NCBI GenBank assembly: GCA_964016885.1
Contig: OZ024757.1
Span: 992,001 to 1,056,000 of the forward strand
DNA: 64,000 nucleotides
From: Eledone cirrhosa
Lineage: Eukaryota
Direction of reading: 5' to 3'
Shown: one piece after another, positions 1 to 11,494 of the stretch
Position numbering within the stretch: position 1 is the first letter of the stretch
Layout: each line of letters begins with the position of its first letter
Program-made: the position numbers and the translations under genes
Notes under the pieces: generated by a model
Told to the model about the DNA's origin: nothing
Databases searched by the model: none
The model's input: only the letters and a program-made list of their open reading frames with translations

Positions 1-494
1 TACACACATATACACACCCACACATATATATATATTAAGAAATCCATACAATTGCGTGTGTCTGCATTATACTTTCACTATTGAGACCTGTTGTAAAAAA
101 ACAAACAAATTCTCGTAACTGTCAAAAGTTAGTTTCACTTTTGAGACCGCCCGTCTTGACGTATGCCGCAGTATGTATATATCACTGTGAAGGTGATACA
201 TACATACATATATATATATACACACACACATATATACACACAAACACATATATACATATACATACACACACACATCATCATCATCGTTCAACGTCTATTT
301 TCCATGCTAGGATATATATATATACACACGTACACACATACACACATATTTTCATACATACACACACACATGTATATATATATATATATATAGAGAGAAA
401 ATTGAGGTTGGTAATGGCACATGGAATATATAAGAGACAGAATACTTTTTTGTGAAAAAACATAATTTTATAAGGTAAGGAAATAATAAAGGGT

Positions 495-550
495 ATAAAA
501 AATGACCGGTTTCGATGGGTCTGCAAAAGCCATCTTTTCAAATGTTGATT
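495..550 (-). ncRNA. Type I hammerhead ribozyme motif (variant core UUGAAAA) in PLE pLTR
   Basis: Sense reads UUGAAAA-GAUGG-(11 nt)-CCAUC-GAAA-CCGG-UC; helix I is weak. Confidence 0.7.
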
Positions 551-778
551 AATATTAAGAAAAATTAATAATACGAAGAGTTAAAATTTGAGACTTGAAA
601 ATTCAAGTATAAAATTCATTGTGGGATTTCATAGCAGTTTTCATCTAGGTAGCAACAACAGGTTGACTGCTGTGTCCCTTTCTGGTAGTGAATGAGAAGT
701 TATTTGGGGTGTGGGTTATTTTATAAAGGTCAGATTTAGCAATAGCCAGCTGCTGGTCAGTGAGGGGGTGGAAGCAAT

Positions 779-1450
<672 letters not shown>

Positions 1451-1670
1451 TTTTTCCATAATATAAGAAGTTGGGGCAGTGAAATTAAAATAATTCTGTG
1501 TGCGCATATATACATAGATATACGTGTGTGCACGTGCAGGGTTTAACATGGATGTGTTGGTCACACAAAGGCATGGTCTGTCAATGAATAAACCTGATTC
1601 TACAGAATTGGTCTCTGGTCTTTAATAGTAGTGATTCCGTGCGTATGTGTGTTTATATTTTATGACAATT

Positions 1671-3971
1671 CTATTGGGGTGATAACCCGTTTAGTTTTGG
1701 TTTAAATTTGTTAAGGAATAGATTTTCTTTGTTTATTCTTTGTTGTTGTGTGAACGAATCTGAGCACTTGTAGAAGGGGAAGATTTTAAAGTTGGGTAGT
1801 GTCATTCCTGCGCAGTTCGCAATATGGCTGCTCAAGGGGATTTTTCTTGTGTTAGCGTCCCGGATTTGTTGGCGGTGGATGGTCATTCTTTTGCGTAATG
1901 AGGTGCCCGTCTGTCCTATGTAGTTGTGTTTGCACCCACCGCAAGTTATTGCGTAAATCAAGTTCTCCGAGTTGCAGGTGAAATTGTTTTTTACTGTAAA
2001 TGTTTGGCCATCTTTGAATGTAAATGTTTGTCCTTCAGTGAGGTAGAGGCACGTTCCACAGTTTGTTCTACCACATTTGGTAACTGTAGGGTTGAGGATT
2101 GGTTTGGGTATATTTGGTCCAGTGAGAATGCGTTTAAGTGATTTGGGTTGTCTTTTACTTTTAAGGATCTTGTGTGTTTCAAGAATAGACTTCATTTTTA
2201 CATCTTTAAGTAGGATGGGGAGGTTTTTGTGTAGGTGATCAAACATTTCGGTATTTCTGGGGTTGAAAGTGGATACATATGGCAGGGTGTTGAGTGTGGT
2301 TTTCTGTTTTGGATTGTTAAGTTGATGGGGATTTAGGTGTTTTGCCCTGTCTATTCCATTGTTGATTATTTCAAGTGGAAAGGCTCTTAAGATAAGGGTG
2401 TCTTTTAGTTCCTTTAGTCTTTGCTCCCGTTTAGGTGGATCTGATACTATGGTACATATACGTTTGGCCAAATTGTAAGGAATGTTAAGTTTTGTATGTT
2501 TTGGGTGACTTGATGTGAAAAAGAGGTATTGCTTGGAATCTGTGGGTTTATAGAATATATCTGTATCTAATTTCCCGTCTATTACAGAGATGAGAATATC
2601 CAAGAAGGCTAATTCCTTAGGATTAGATTCCATTGTGAATTGTATGTTATTATCTATGTTGTTTATCATGTTTTTAAACGTAGTAAGTGAGTTCATGTCT
2701 TCTTGCCATAGGATAAAGCAGTCGTCTAGATATCTTTTCCAATTGGCTTTGAGGTGTGTGTGAAAAGAGTCTCCAAATAAGAGAAGGGACTGACTGTATA
2801 TTTGTTGTTCATGGAATCCCATGACTAGGTTGGCATATGTGGGTGCTACTTTCGTGCCCATTGCCGTACCTGATACTTGTCTGTATGTTGAACCATTGAA
2901 TGTGAAGTAGTTATTTTGTAGGATAAAGCGGAGTCCGTCAGTGATAAAATCTGTGTTGATGCGTGTCGGTATTTCTGATGGGTGTGTGTTAAGCCAGTAT
3001 TGGACTGCTGTTATTCCATAGTTGTGAGGTATGTTTGTGTAGAGGTTTATTACGTCAAAGGAGACAAGAATTGTATTTGCACTTACTGTTTTAGGGAGGT
3101 GTTTCAGCATGTCAAGGTCATCTCGTATGTAGCTCTGTATATGTTGTAGAAAGGGTTTCAGTAGGATGTCCAGAAAGTTGCTAAGTCTGTGGGTTTCACA
3201 TGTAGGGCCTGCTATAATTGGCCTGAGTTTTAGGTCTTCTGGTGGTGTTAGTTCAATGTAATTGTTGGTTGAGGTGTCACATGCATCGTTTATGGGTTTA
3301 CATTTGTGAAGTTTCGGTAAGCCGTAAAAAGAGCTTGTATTGCATTTGAAGTGGCTTATATAGTTAAACTCTTTTGTGGTTAAGCTGTTGCGGTATTTAT
3401 TCAGTAAGGTCAAAAGGTTCCCCATTGTTTTGGTGTGTTTGTAGTTTTCTGTTTTTTCATAGTATGTGTTGTTTTCTAAAATGTTAAGTGCGAGGGTCCT
3501 ATAGTAGTCCGTATTCATAATCACAACAGTACTGCCTTTATCGGCTTCTTTGATAGTTATCTCAGGGTTGTTTCTAAGTGTGAATAATTCTTCCCATTCG
3601 TGTGTAGATAGGTTTGATTTCGTGTGTTTATTTGTAATTGTTTCATAGGGAAAGTTGGTGATGTGTTCGCAGTACGTGTCCAGTGCTTTATTTCTTCCCT
3701 TTTGTGGGCAGAAATTGCTTTTATTTCTAACCAGTGATTCGTCTTCAGTGTTGGTGTCGTTGTGGAAGAATTCCGTTAGTCGCAGCTTTCGGCAGTATTC
3801 CATGATGTCATCCTTCATTTCGGGGAAGTTTGGTTTACGTGGTGTAGGTGTAAATTTCAGGCCCTTACTTAAAATGTTGATTTGTGTGTTGGTTAGAGGT
3901 GTCTTTGAGAGGTTGATTATTTTTGGTTTCTCCTGAGGGGGGGGGGGGGGGCCATTGAGTATCCTGGTATT
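1671..3971 (-). CDS. PLE reverse transcriptase + C-terminal GIY-YIG endonuclease (frame open from 3971; first in-frame ATG at 3818)
   Basis: N-terminal PLE motif IINLS..LT..Q..ILSKGLKFTPTP upstream of the Met. RT motifs IKEADKG, FYGLPKLHK, LRPII, SFDVINLYTNIP, GTAMGT..AP.YANL, WKRYLDD. Cys linker CGRTNCGTC (Neptune-like). Endonuclease NLIYAITC..C...YIGQT...RM..H, ending KPKLNG. Confidence 0.95.
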   Translation of the reverse strand, partial: NTRILNGPPPPPQEKPKIINLSKTPLTNTQINILSKGLKFTPTPRKPNFPEMKDDIMEYCRKLRLTEFFHNDTNTEDESLVRNKSNFCPQKGRNKALDTYCEHITNFPYETITNKHTKSNLSTHEWEELFTLRNNPEITIKEADKGSTVVIMNTDYYRTLALNILENNTYYEKTENYKHTKTMGNLLTLLNKYRNSLTTKEFNYISHFKCNTSSFYGLPKLHKCKPINDACDTSTNNYIELTPPEDLKLRPIIAGPTCETHRLSNFLDILLKPFLQHIQSYIRDDLDMLKHLPKTVSANTILVSFDVINLYTNIPHNYGITAVQYWLNTHPSEIPTRINTDFITDGLRFILQNNYFTFNGSTYRQVSGTAMGTKVAPTYANLVMGFHEQQIYSQSLLLFGDSFHTHLKANWKRYLDDCFILWQEDMNSLTTFKNMINNIDNNIQFTMESNPKELAFLDILISVIDGKLDTDIFYKPTDSKQYLFFTSSHPKHTKLNIPYNLAKRICTIVSDPPKREQRLKELKDTLILRAFPLEIINNGIDRAKHLNPHQLNNPKQKTTLNTLPYVSTFNPRNTEMFDHLHKNLPILLKDVKMKSILETHKILKSKRQPKSLKRILTGPNIPKPILNPTVTKCGRTNCGTCLYLTEGQTFTFKDGQTFTVKNNFTCNSENLIYAITCGGCKHNYIGQTGTSLRKRMTIHRQQIRDANTRKIPLSSHIANCAGMTLPNFKIFPFYKCSDSFTQQQRINKENLFLNKFKPKLNGLSPQ

Positions 3972-5190
3972 TCAGGCTTTTCCCTAAAAAAGGAATGTAG
4001 TTTTGTGTGTGATTATATTTTGTTGGTCTGTTGCGTGTGGGTCTGTAGCTTGTTGTTTCATGAGGGTGAATGTGATGGTGGGGGTGGTATGTGTTGTGGT
4101 TGTTGATGAGCAAGGGTTCTGTTGTTGGTTCATGTGGTCTGGGTGCGTTATTTCTGTGGTACAGAGTGTTGAGGCTGGGGGGTTGTCTTTTGTTGGATTG
4201 AGGGTGATGTCTGGTGTGGTTGTGGGTAAGTTCTGTTGTGATTTCAAGTGGCCTGGGTGGATTTCTTCTGAGGAATGTGGTGTGTGTGTTGTGAGTTGGA
4301 TCTATGTTATTTCGTCGTTGGTTTATGTAGGGGGCATTTCTACGGAAACCTGTGTTGTGGTGGTTGGGTGTGTTTCTTTTGGTGTAGTTGGCCGTATTTG
4401 GTTTGTGTTGGTGGGGGATGTGCCTGTGGTTAGTGTGTGTTGGGTTTGGTGGTGTAAATGTGTCTGTTGTAGTTCTTGTTATGTTCAAATGCTTTATAAA
4501 GGGGTTACCTGTTTGGTGCGTCCTTTTAAAGTCTTCTTCATATTTGAGGAACCAGTTTTCGGATTTTTCCCACCGTTTAAGGGAAATAGTTTCTGCATTC
4601 TCGCAGTCCTGTTTCCACGATTTGATTAAATTTTGTAGGGTTGTTCCCTCGGCCTTTTTAGTGCATTCTTCCTCCATATTTTTATCAGTATCCTTATACT
4701 CTTGCTCGTTTGAGGTGGCCCTTAATTTTAGGAGTTCTATTTCCATGTTTATCCTGTTGAGTGACATTTGTTCACGGAGTTTTCTTTCTGGTTCAGGTTC
4801 GTTTGTAATATGCTTTATTTGGAATTTACGTGGTAAAACTATCGGTGTTGAGTTAATCCATTTTTGGTAAATTCCAGCTTTGTTGAGGTTTTTTATCATA
4901 TTCCAGAAAGTGAATTTTCTGGTTTTTAGATGTTTTTTCCAGAGGTGTCCCATTTGGTTTTTGATATGGAGCAATGTCGTTTGTTCTGTGTTGGTATTCA
5001 TAAGTTTTTCGATGGAGTTGCATACGTTTTGAACGTTTAAATAAATTTGGTTGTCAGTCGGTGTGGTGGTTTGGGGTATATCCTGTTTTTTTGTCAGAAT
5101 GGTGAGTTTTCCATTTATCTCTTTTAGGATTTTCAGGATTTCCTCATTGATATTGGAGTTTGAAGTGGTGTTGTCTTGTTCCAGTGCCAT
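3865..5190 (-). CDS. PLE upstream ORF / N-terminal domain (441 aa; helical, coiled-coil-like then basic His/Thr/Asn-rich)
   Basis: Uninterrupted ATG-started ORF directly upstream of, and overlapping, the RT frame; same A/C-rich strand bias as the RT ORF. Confidence 0.75.
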   Translation of the reverse strand: MALEQDNTTSNSNINEEILKILKEINGKLTILTKKQDIPQTTTPTDNQIYLNVQNVCNSIEKLMNTNTEQTTLLHIKNQMGHLWKKHLKTRKFTFWNMIKNLNKAGIYQKWINSTPIVLPRKFQIKHITNEPEPERKLREQMSLNRINMEIELLKLRATSNEQEYKDTDKNMEEECTKKAEGTTLQNLIKSWKQDCENAETISLKRWEKSENWFLKYEEDFKRTHQTGNPFIKHLNITRTTTDTFTPPNPTHTNHRHIPHQHKPNTANYTKRNTPNHHNTGFRRNAPYINQRRNNIDPTHNTHTTFLRRNPPRPLEITTELTHNHTRHHPQSNKRQPPSLNTLYHRNNAPRPHEPTTEPLLINNHNTYHPHHHIHPHETTSYRPTRNRPTKYNHTQNYIPFLGKSLKYQDTQWPPPPPSGETKNNQPLKDTSNQHTNQHFK

Positions 5191-5355
5191 TTTCCGGATT
5201 TGCGTAGGTTAGTATATATGAAAAGTGTAATTTTCTACACAAAACGAAGGTTATAGAGAAAATTGAGGTTGGTAATGGCACATGGAATATATAAGAGACA
5301 GAATACTTTTTTGTGAAAAAACATAATTTTATAAGGTAAGGAAATAATAAAGGGT

Positions 5356-5411
5356 ATAAAAAATGACCGGTTTCGATGGGTCTGCAAAAGCCATCTTTTC
5401 AAATGTTGATT
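5356..5411 (-). ncRNA. Type I hammerhead motif, second pLTR copy
   Basis: Identical to 495-550. Confidence 0.7.
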
Positions 5412-5679
5412 AATATTAAGAAAAATTAATAATACGAAGAGTTAAAATTTGAGACTTGAAAATTCAAGTATAAAATTCATTGTGGGATTTCATAGCAGTT
5501 TTCATCTAGGTAGCAACAACAGGTTGACTGCTGTGTCCCTTTCTGGTAGTGAATGAGAAGTTATTTGGGGTGTGGGTTATTTTATAAAGGTCAGATTTAG
5601 CAATAGCCAGCTGCTGGTCAGTGAGGGGGTGGAAGCAATATACACACACATACCTTCATCCACACATACATACACATAC

Positions 5680-5718
<39 letters not shown>

Positions 5719-5789
5719 CACACATACATACACACACACATACATATACACACATACATACACACACACACACACATATATATACACAT

Positions 5790-5844
<55 letters not shown>

Positions 5845-5873
5845 TATATACATACACATACATCCAGATACAC

Positions 5874-5985
<112 letters not shown>

Positions 5986-6037
5986 CCACACATACATACA
6001 CACACACATATATATATACATACACACATACAAACAT

Positions 6038-6068
<31 letters not shown>

Positions 6069-6537
6069 CACACATACACACACATATATATACACACACA
6101 CACACACACACATGCATATATATATATATATACACATACGCATACATCCAGATACCCACATACATACACACACACACACACACACGCACACACAATACAT
6201 ACATCTACATGCACACACATACTCACACACACACACACACACATACATACACCCACACACAGAGAAATGGCCTTCAAATATATATATATATATACATACA
6301 CACACAGACACATATATTTTTTCCATAATATAAGAAGTTGGGGCAGTGAAATTAAAATAATTCTGTGTGCGCATATATACATAGATATACGTGTGTGCAC
6401 GTGCAGGGTTTAACATGGATGTGTTGGTCACACAAAGGCATGGTCTGTCAATGAATAAACCTGATTCTACAGAATTGGTCTCTGGTCTTTAATAGTAGTG
6501 ATTCCGTGCGTATGTGTGTTTATATTTTATGACAATT

Positions 6538-8203
6538 CTATTGGGGTGATAACCCGTTTAGTTTTGGTTTAAATTTGTTAAGGAATAGATTTTCTTTGTT
6601 TATTCTTTGTTGTTGTGTGAACGAATCTGAGCACTTGTAGAAGGGGAAGATTTTAAAGTTGGGTAGTGTCATTCCTGCGCAGTTCGCAATATGGCTGCTC
6701 AAGGGGATTTTTCTTGTGTTAGCGTCCCGGATTTGTTGGCGGTGGATGGTCATTCTTTTGCGTAATGAGGTGCCCGTCTGTCCTATGTAGTTGTGTTTGC
6801 ACCCACCGCAAGTTATTGCGTAAATCAAGTTCTCCGAGTTGCAGGTGAAATTGTTTTTTACTGTAAATGTTTGGCCATCTTTGAATGTAAATGTTTGTCC
6901 TTCAGTGAGGTAGAGGCACGTTCCACAGTTTGTTCTACCACATTTGGTAACTGTAGGGTTGAGGATTGGTTTGGGTATATTTGGTCCAGTGAGAATGCGT
7001 TTAAGTGATTTGGGTTGTCTTTTACTTTTAAGGATCTTGTGTGTTTCAAGAATAGACTTCATTTTTACATCTTTAAGTAGGATGGGGAGGTTTTTGTGTA
7101 GGTGATCAAACATTTCGGTATTTCTGGGGTTGAAAGTGGATACATATGGCAGGGTGTTGAGTGTGGTTTTCTGTTTTGGATTGTTAAGTTGATGGGGATT
7201 TAGGTGTTTTGCCCTGTCTATTCCATTGTTGATTATTTCAAGTGGAAAGGCTCTTAAGATAAGGGTGTCTTTTAGTTCCTTTAGTCTTTGCTCCCGTTTA
7301 GGTGGATCTGATACTATGGTACATATACGTTTGGCCAAATTGTAAGGAATGTTAAGTTTTGTATGTTTTGGGTGACTTGATGTGAAAAAGAGGTATTGCT
7401 TGGAATCTGTGGGTTTATAGAATATATCTGTATCTAATTTCCCGTCTATTACAGAGATGAGAATATCCAAGAAGGCTAATTCCTTAGGATTAGATTCCAT
7501 TGTGAATTGTATGTTATTATCTATGTTGTTTATCATGTTTTTAAACGTAGTAAGTGAGTTCATGTCTTCTTGCCATAGGATAAAGCAGTCGTCTAGATAT
7601 CTTTTCCAATTGGCTTTGAGGTGTGTGTGAAAAGAGTCTCCAAATAAGAGAAGGGACTGACTGTATATTTGTTGTTCATGGAATCCCATGACTAGGTTGG
7701 CATATGTGGGTGCTACTTTCGTGCCCATTGCCGTACCTGATACTTGTCTGTATGTTGAACCATTGAATGTGAAGTAGTTATTTTGTAGGATAAAGCGGAG
7801 TCCGTCAGTGATAAAATCTGTGTTGATGCGTGTCGGTATTTCTGATGGGTGTGTGTTAAGCCAGTATTGGACTGCTGTTATTCCATAGTTGTGAGGTATG
7901 TTTGTGTAGAGGTTTATTACGTCAAAGGAGACAAGAATTGTATTTGCACTTACTGTTTTAGGGAGGTGTTTCAGCATGTCAAGGTCATCTCGTATGTAGC
8001 TCTGTATATGTTGTAGAAAGGGTTTCAGTAGGATGTCCAGAAAGTTGCTAAGTCTGTGGGTTTCACATGTAGGGCCTGCTATAATTGGCCTGAGTTTTAG
8101 GTCTTCTGGTGGTGTTAGTTCAATGTAATTGTTGGTTGAGGTGTCACATGCATCGTTTATGGGTTTACATTTGTGAAGTTTCGGTAAGCCGTAAAAAGAG
8201 CTT
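6538..8203 (-). pseudogene. 5'-truncated second copy of the PLE RT/GIY-YIG ORF
   Basis: Protein identical to the C-terminal part of 1671-3818 from SSFYGLPKLHK onward; cut at the inversion junction. Confidence 0.93.
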
Positions 8204-8572
8204 TTTAATTTCACTGCCCCAACTTCTTATATTATGGAAAAAATATATGTGTCTGTGTGTGTATGTATATATATATATATATTTGAAGGCCATTTCTCTG
8301 TGTGTGGGTGTATGTATGTGTGTGTGTGTGTGTGTGAGTATGTGTGTGCATGTAGATGTATGTATTGTGTGTGCGTGTGTGTGTGTGTGTGTGTATGTAT
8401 GTGGGTATCTGGATGTATGCGTATGTGTATATATATATATATATGCATGTGTGTGTGTGTGTGTGTGTATATATATGTGTGTGTATGTGTGTATATATAT
8501 GTGTGTGTGTGTGTGTGTGTATGTTTGTATGTGTGTATGTATATATATATGTGTGTGTGTATGTATGTGTGG

Positions 8573-8682
<110 letters not shown>

Positions 8683-8711
8683 GTGTATCTGGATGTATGT
8701 GTATGTATATA

Positions 8712-8776
<65 letters not shown>

Positions 8777-8847
8777 ATGTGTATATATATGTGTGTGTGT
8801 GTGTGTATGTGTGTATGTATATGTATGTGTGTGTGTATGTATGTGTG

Positions 8848-8886
<39 letters not shown>

Positions 8887-9154
8887 GTATGTGTATGTAT
8901 GTGTGGATGAAGGTATGTGTGTGTATATTGCTTCCACCCCCTCACTGACCAGCAGCTGGCTATTGCTAAATCTGACCTTTATAAAATAACCCACACCCCA
9001 AATAACTTCTCATTCACTACCAGAAAGGGACACAGCAGTCAACCTGTTGTTGCTACCTAGATGAAAACTGCTATGAAATCCCACAATGAATTTTATACTT
9101 GAATTTTCAAGTCTCAAATTTTAACTCTTCGTATTATTAATTTTTCTTAATATT

Positions 9155-9210
9155 AATCAACATTTGAAAAGATGGCTTTTGCAGACCCATCGAAACCGGT
9201 CATTTTTTAT
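9155..9210 (+). ncRNA. Type I hammerhead motif, inverted pLTR copy
   Basis: cat-ttgaaaa-gatgg-cttttgcagac-ccatc-gaaa-ccgg-tc-att read directly on +. Confidence 0.7.
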
Positions 9211-9342
9211 ACCCTTTATTATTTCCTTACCTTATAAAATTATGTTTTTTCACAAAAAAGTATTCTGTCTCTTATATATTCCATGTGCCATTACCAACCT
9301 CAATTTTCTCTATAACCTTCGTTTTGTGTAGAAAATTACACT

Positions 9343-9405
<63 letters not shown>

Positions 9406-9527
9406 GTCATTAATAACATTAAACCTTAAATTTTGCTCTGATACTTACATAGAGCACTCTTCATTTCTATGACCTTTTCTGTTTCCAACGGAAATTTCAA
9501 TACATATATATATATATATACATGTAT

Positions 9528-9730
9528 ATCATCATCATCATCATCATCATATCGTTTAACGTCCATCTTCCACGCTAGCATGGGTTAGACGGTTTGTTCC
9601 ATTTGATGCGGGAATGGTCGGGAGACCTTGTCTCGCTCACATGGAAGCGTCTCTGGCATATTTTTTACAGATGGATACCCTTCCTAACACCAACCACATT
9701 TACAGTGTGGACTGGGAGCCTTTTTACTGT
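9528..9730 (-). mobile_element. RTE-type LINE/SINE 3' end fragment with (GAT)n tail
   Basis: Similar to the RTE 3' UTR at 24050-24270; related tails at 37462-37631 (-), 62160-62390 (+) and 57340-57398 (+). Confidence 0.75.
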
Positions 9731-9833
9731 GTCTTCTAAGCCATGTGCCTCCATATATCTGAGAATTGAACTCACTACCTTTCAATTGCAAGGCCAAGGC
9801 TCTAACCACTAAGCCATGTGCCTCCATATATAT

Positions 9834-10166
9834 GGAGGCACATGGCTTAGTGGTTAGAGCATGGGCTTGCAATCGAAAAGTTGTGAGTTCAATTCTCAGA
9901 CCGAGTGATGTGTTGTTTCCTTGAGCAAGACACTTTATTTCACATTGCTCCAGTTTACTCAGCTGTAGAAATGAGATGATAGGGACTGGGGTCCCTATCA
10001 TTCCACTGCAAAGTGGTCGTGGAGGTGCCACGGCAAAAAAAGCACCCAGCACTCACTGTAAATGAGGTTGGTGTTAGGAAGGGCATCCAGCTGTAGAAAT
10101 CAAGCCAGAATCAGTTCCCGTCCCACCCTTGCAAGCAGGGAAAAGCGGACATAAAATGATGATGAT
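9834..10166 (+). mobile_element. tRNA-derived SINE (family A) with RTE-derived 3' tail
   Basis: Pol III A box TGGCTTAGTGG and B box GAGTTCAATTC; central TCCTTGAGCAAGACACTT domain; 3' part matches the RTE 3' UTR; (GAT)n tail. Confidence 0.88.
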
Positions 10167-11030
10167 ATATGTATATGCATGCATGTGTATATATGTGAGT
10201 ATATGTATGTATGTGTATATGTATATATATATACATACATGTGCGTTTGTATATGTGTATATACATGTGTTGCAGGTGTTATATCAGAGTTTTCATTCTC
10301 CTAGAATTCTGCCTTGACAAAGGCTAAGGGGTCATCTCTCCCGGTGATTTTGGATGGCCATTGACTCTTAAGAGCTCCTCTGCCCTTTGACAGGTTTTGT
10401 TTTTAGTCCTGCAGGATGTCCAAAGTCACCCTCCTCACCAAGAAACCTTGGTGGGGTTGCCAGTTTAGTCGCCAACGCCCCGACCATGAGACAGGTTGTA
10501 CTGGGATACATGTTACCAGTAGCACCAAGTGGTGACCTGACATGTATCCTGATGGTATCCAATGATGTTGACTTGTTCTTCTTTTTGGTAAATATCATCT
10601 TGGTTAAGAGAGTGGGACTGGCTTTGTGCAGTGCCTTTGCTCACTATAAAAGCTTCACGGCACAGGCATTGCTTTATATCTGGAGATCTCTCTGCACTTG
10701 TCGTCACATGGTACCATGGGCCCAGCACTATGTGTCAATAATTGTCACAAGTGTAGTCTTTGTACCAGAGTTTTCAAGTCGCTGGCTGGATGAAAAAGTC
10801 ACACTCGTTCAGCGCATCGGTAGGGGTTCTCCTACATGGATATAAAGTAGTGGCCGTACTCGAAAACGAGTTGGCAGCCACCATATACATGTGTATATAA
10901 TTACCATACACTATATTTTCGTTAACCCATCGACACCGATCAATGTCTACAGATTGATTTTTCTCAGGTTCAGGTGATCCCACTTTGGGTGGAAGAAGAA
11001 ATTCTTTGAATTTTTAATCTGTTCTAATAA

Positions 11031-11170
11031 TTGTTTCTACTTTTGGCAGAATGCCAGCAATTACCCCCAGTGCATTACTGGTACTTTATTTTATCAATCC
11101 TGTAAGAATGAAAGGCAAAGTAAATTTCAGTGGGATTTGAACTCAGGTCCTAAAGGGACGTAACTCTATG
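11031..11170 (-). mobile_element. SINE family B (Deu/Nin-domain-like)
   Basis: Diverged match to GAGTTCAAATCCC...TTTGCCTTTCATCC..GGGGTCGATAAAATAAAGTACCAG; other copies at 13945-14048, 39136-39301 and 62678-62780. Confidence 0.75.
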
Positions 11171-11301
11171 CTGAATGTGTACAAATAATAAATATTTGAT
11201 CTAGGGGTATCATCATCATCATATACAACCCATATGGAGTCCTCTTTGGATTTTGGTCTTTGTATTTATTATTATATATATATACTTACATTACTTCACT
11301 T

Positions 11302-11352
<51 letters not shown>

Positions 11353-11353
11353 C

Positions 11354-11453
11354 ATGGTGGCTGCCCCCCCGTTATCGAGTATGGCCATTGCACGAGAAGA
11401 AAAAAAAAAAAATTAATAAATAAATAAAAAATTAAATAAAAAGAAAAATAAAG

Positions 11454-11494
<41 letters not shown>

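Noticed and set aside
3972-3974. In-frame TGA upstream of RT as selenocysteine
   Set aside because: It lies outside conserved motifs and no SECIS was recognised.
4003-4870. Plus-strand ORFs of 208 and 160 aa
   Set aside because: Antisense shadows of the A/C-rich PLE ORF1.
9834-9905. tRNA gene
   Set aside because: It is the head of a multi-copy SINE, continuous with a body and a LINE-derived tail.
10280-10890. Possible RTE 5' UTR fragment, and ORF 10387-10845
   Set aside because: Resemblance is only impressionistic; no recognisable protein motif.
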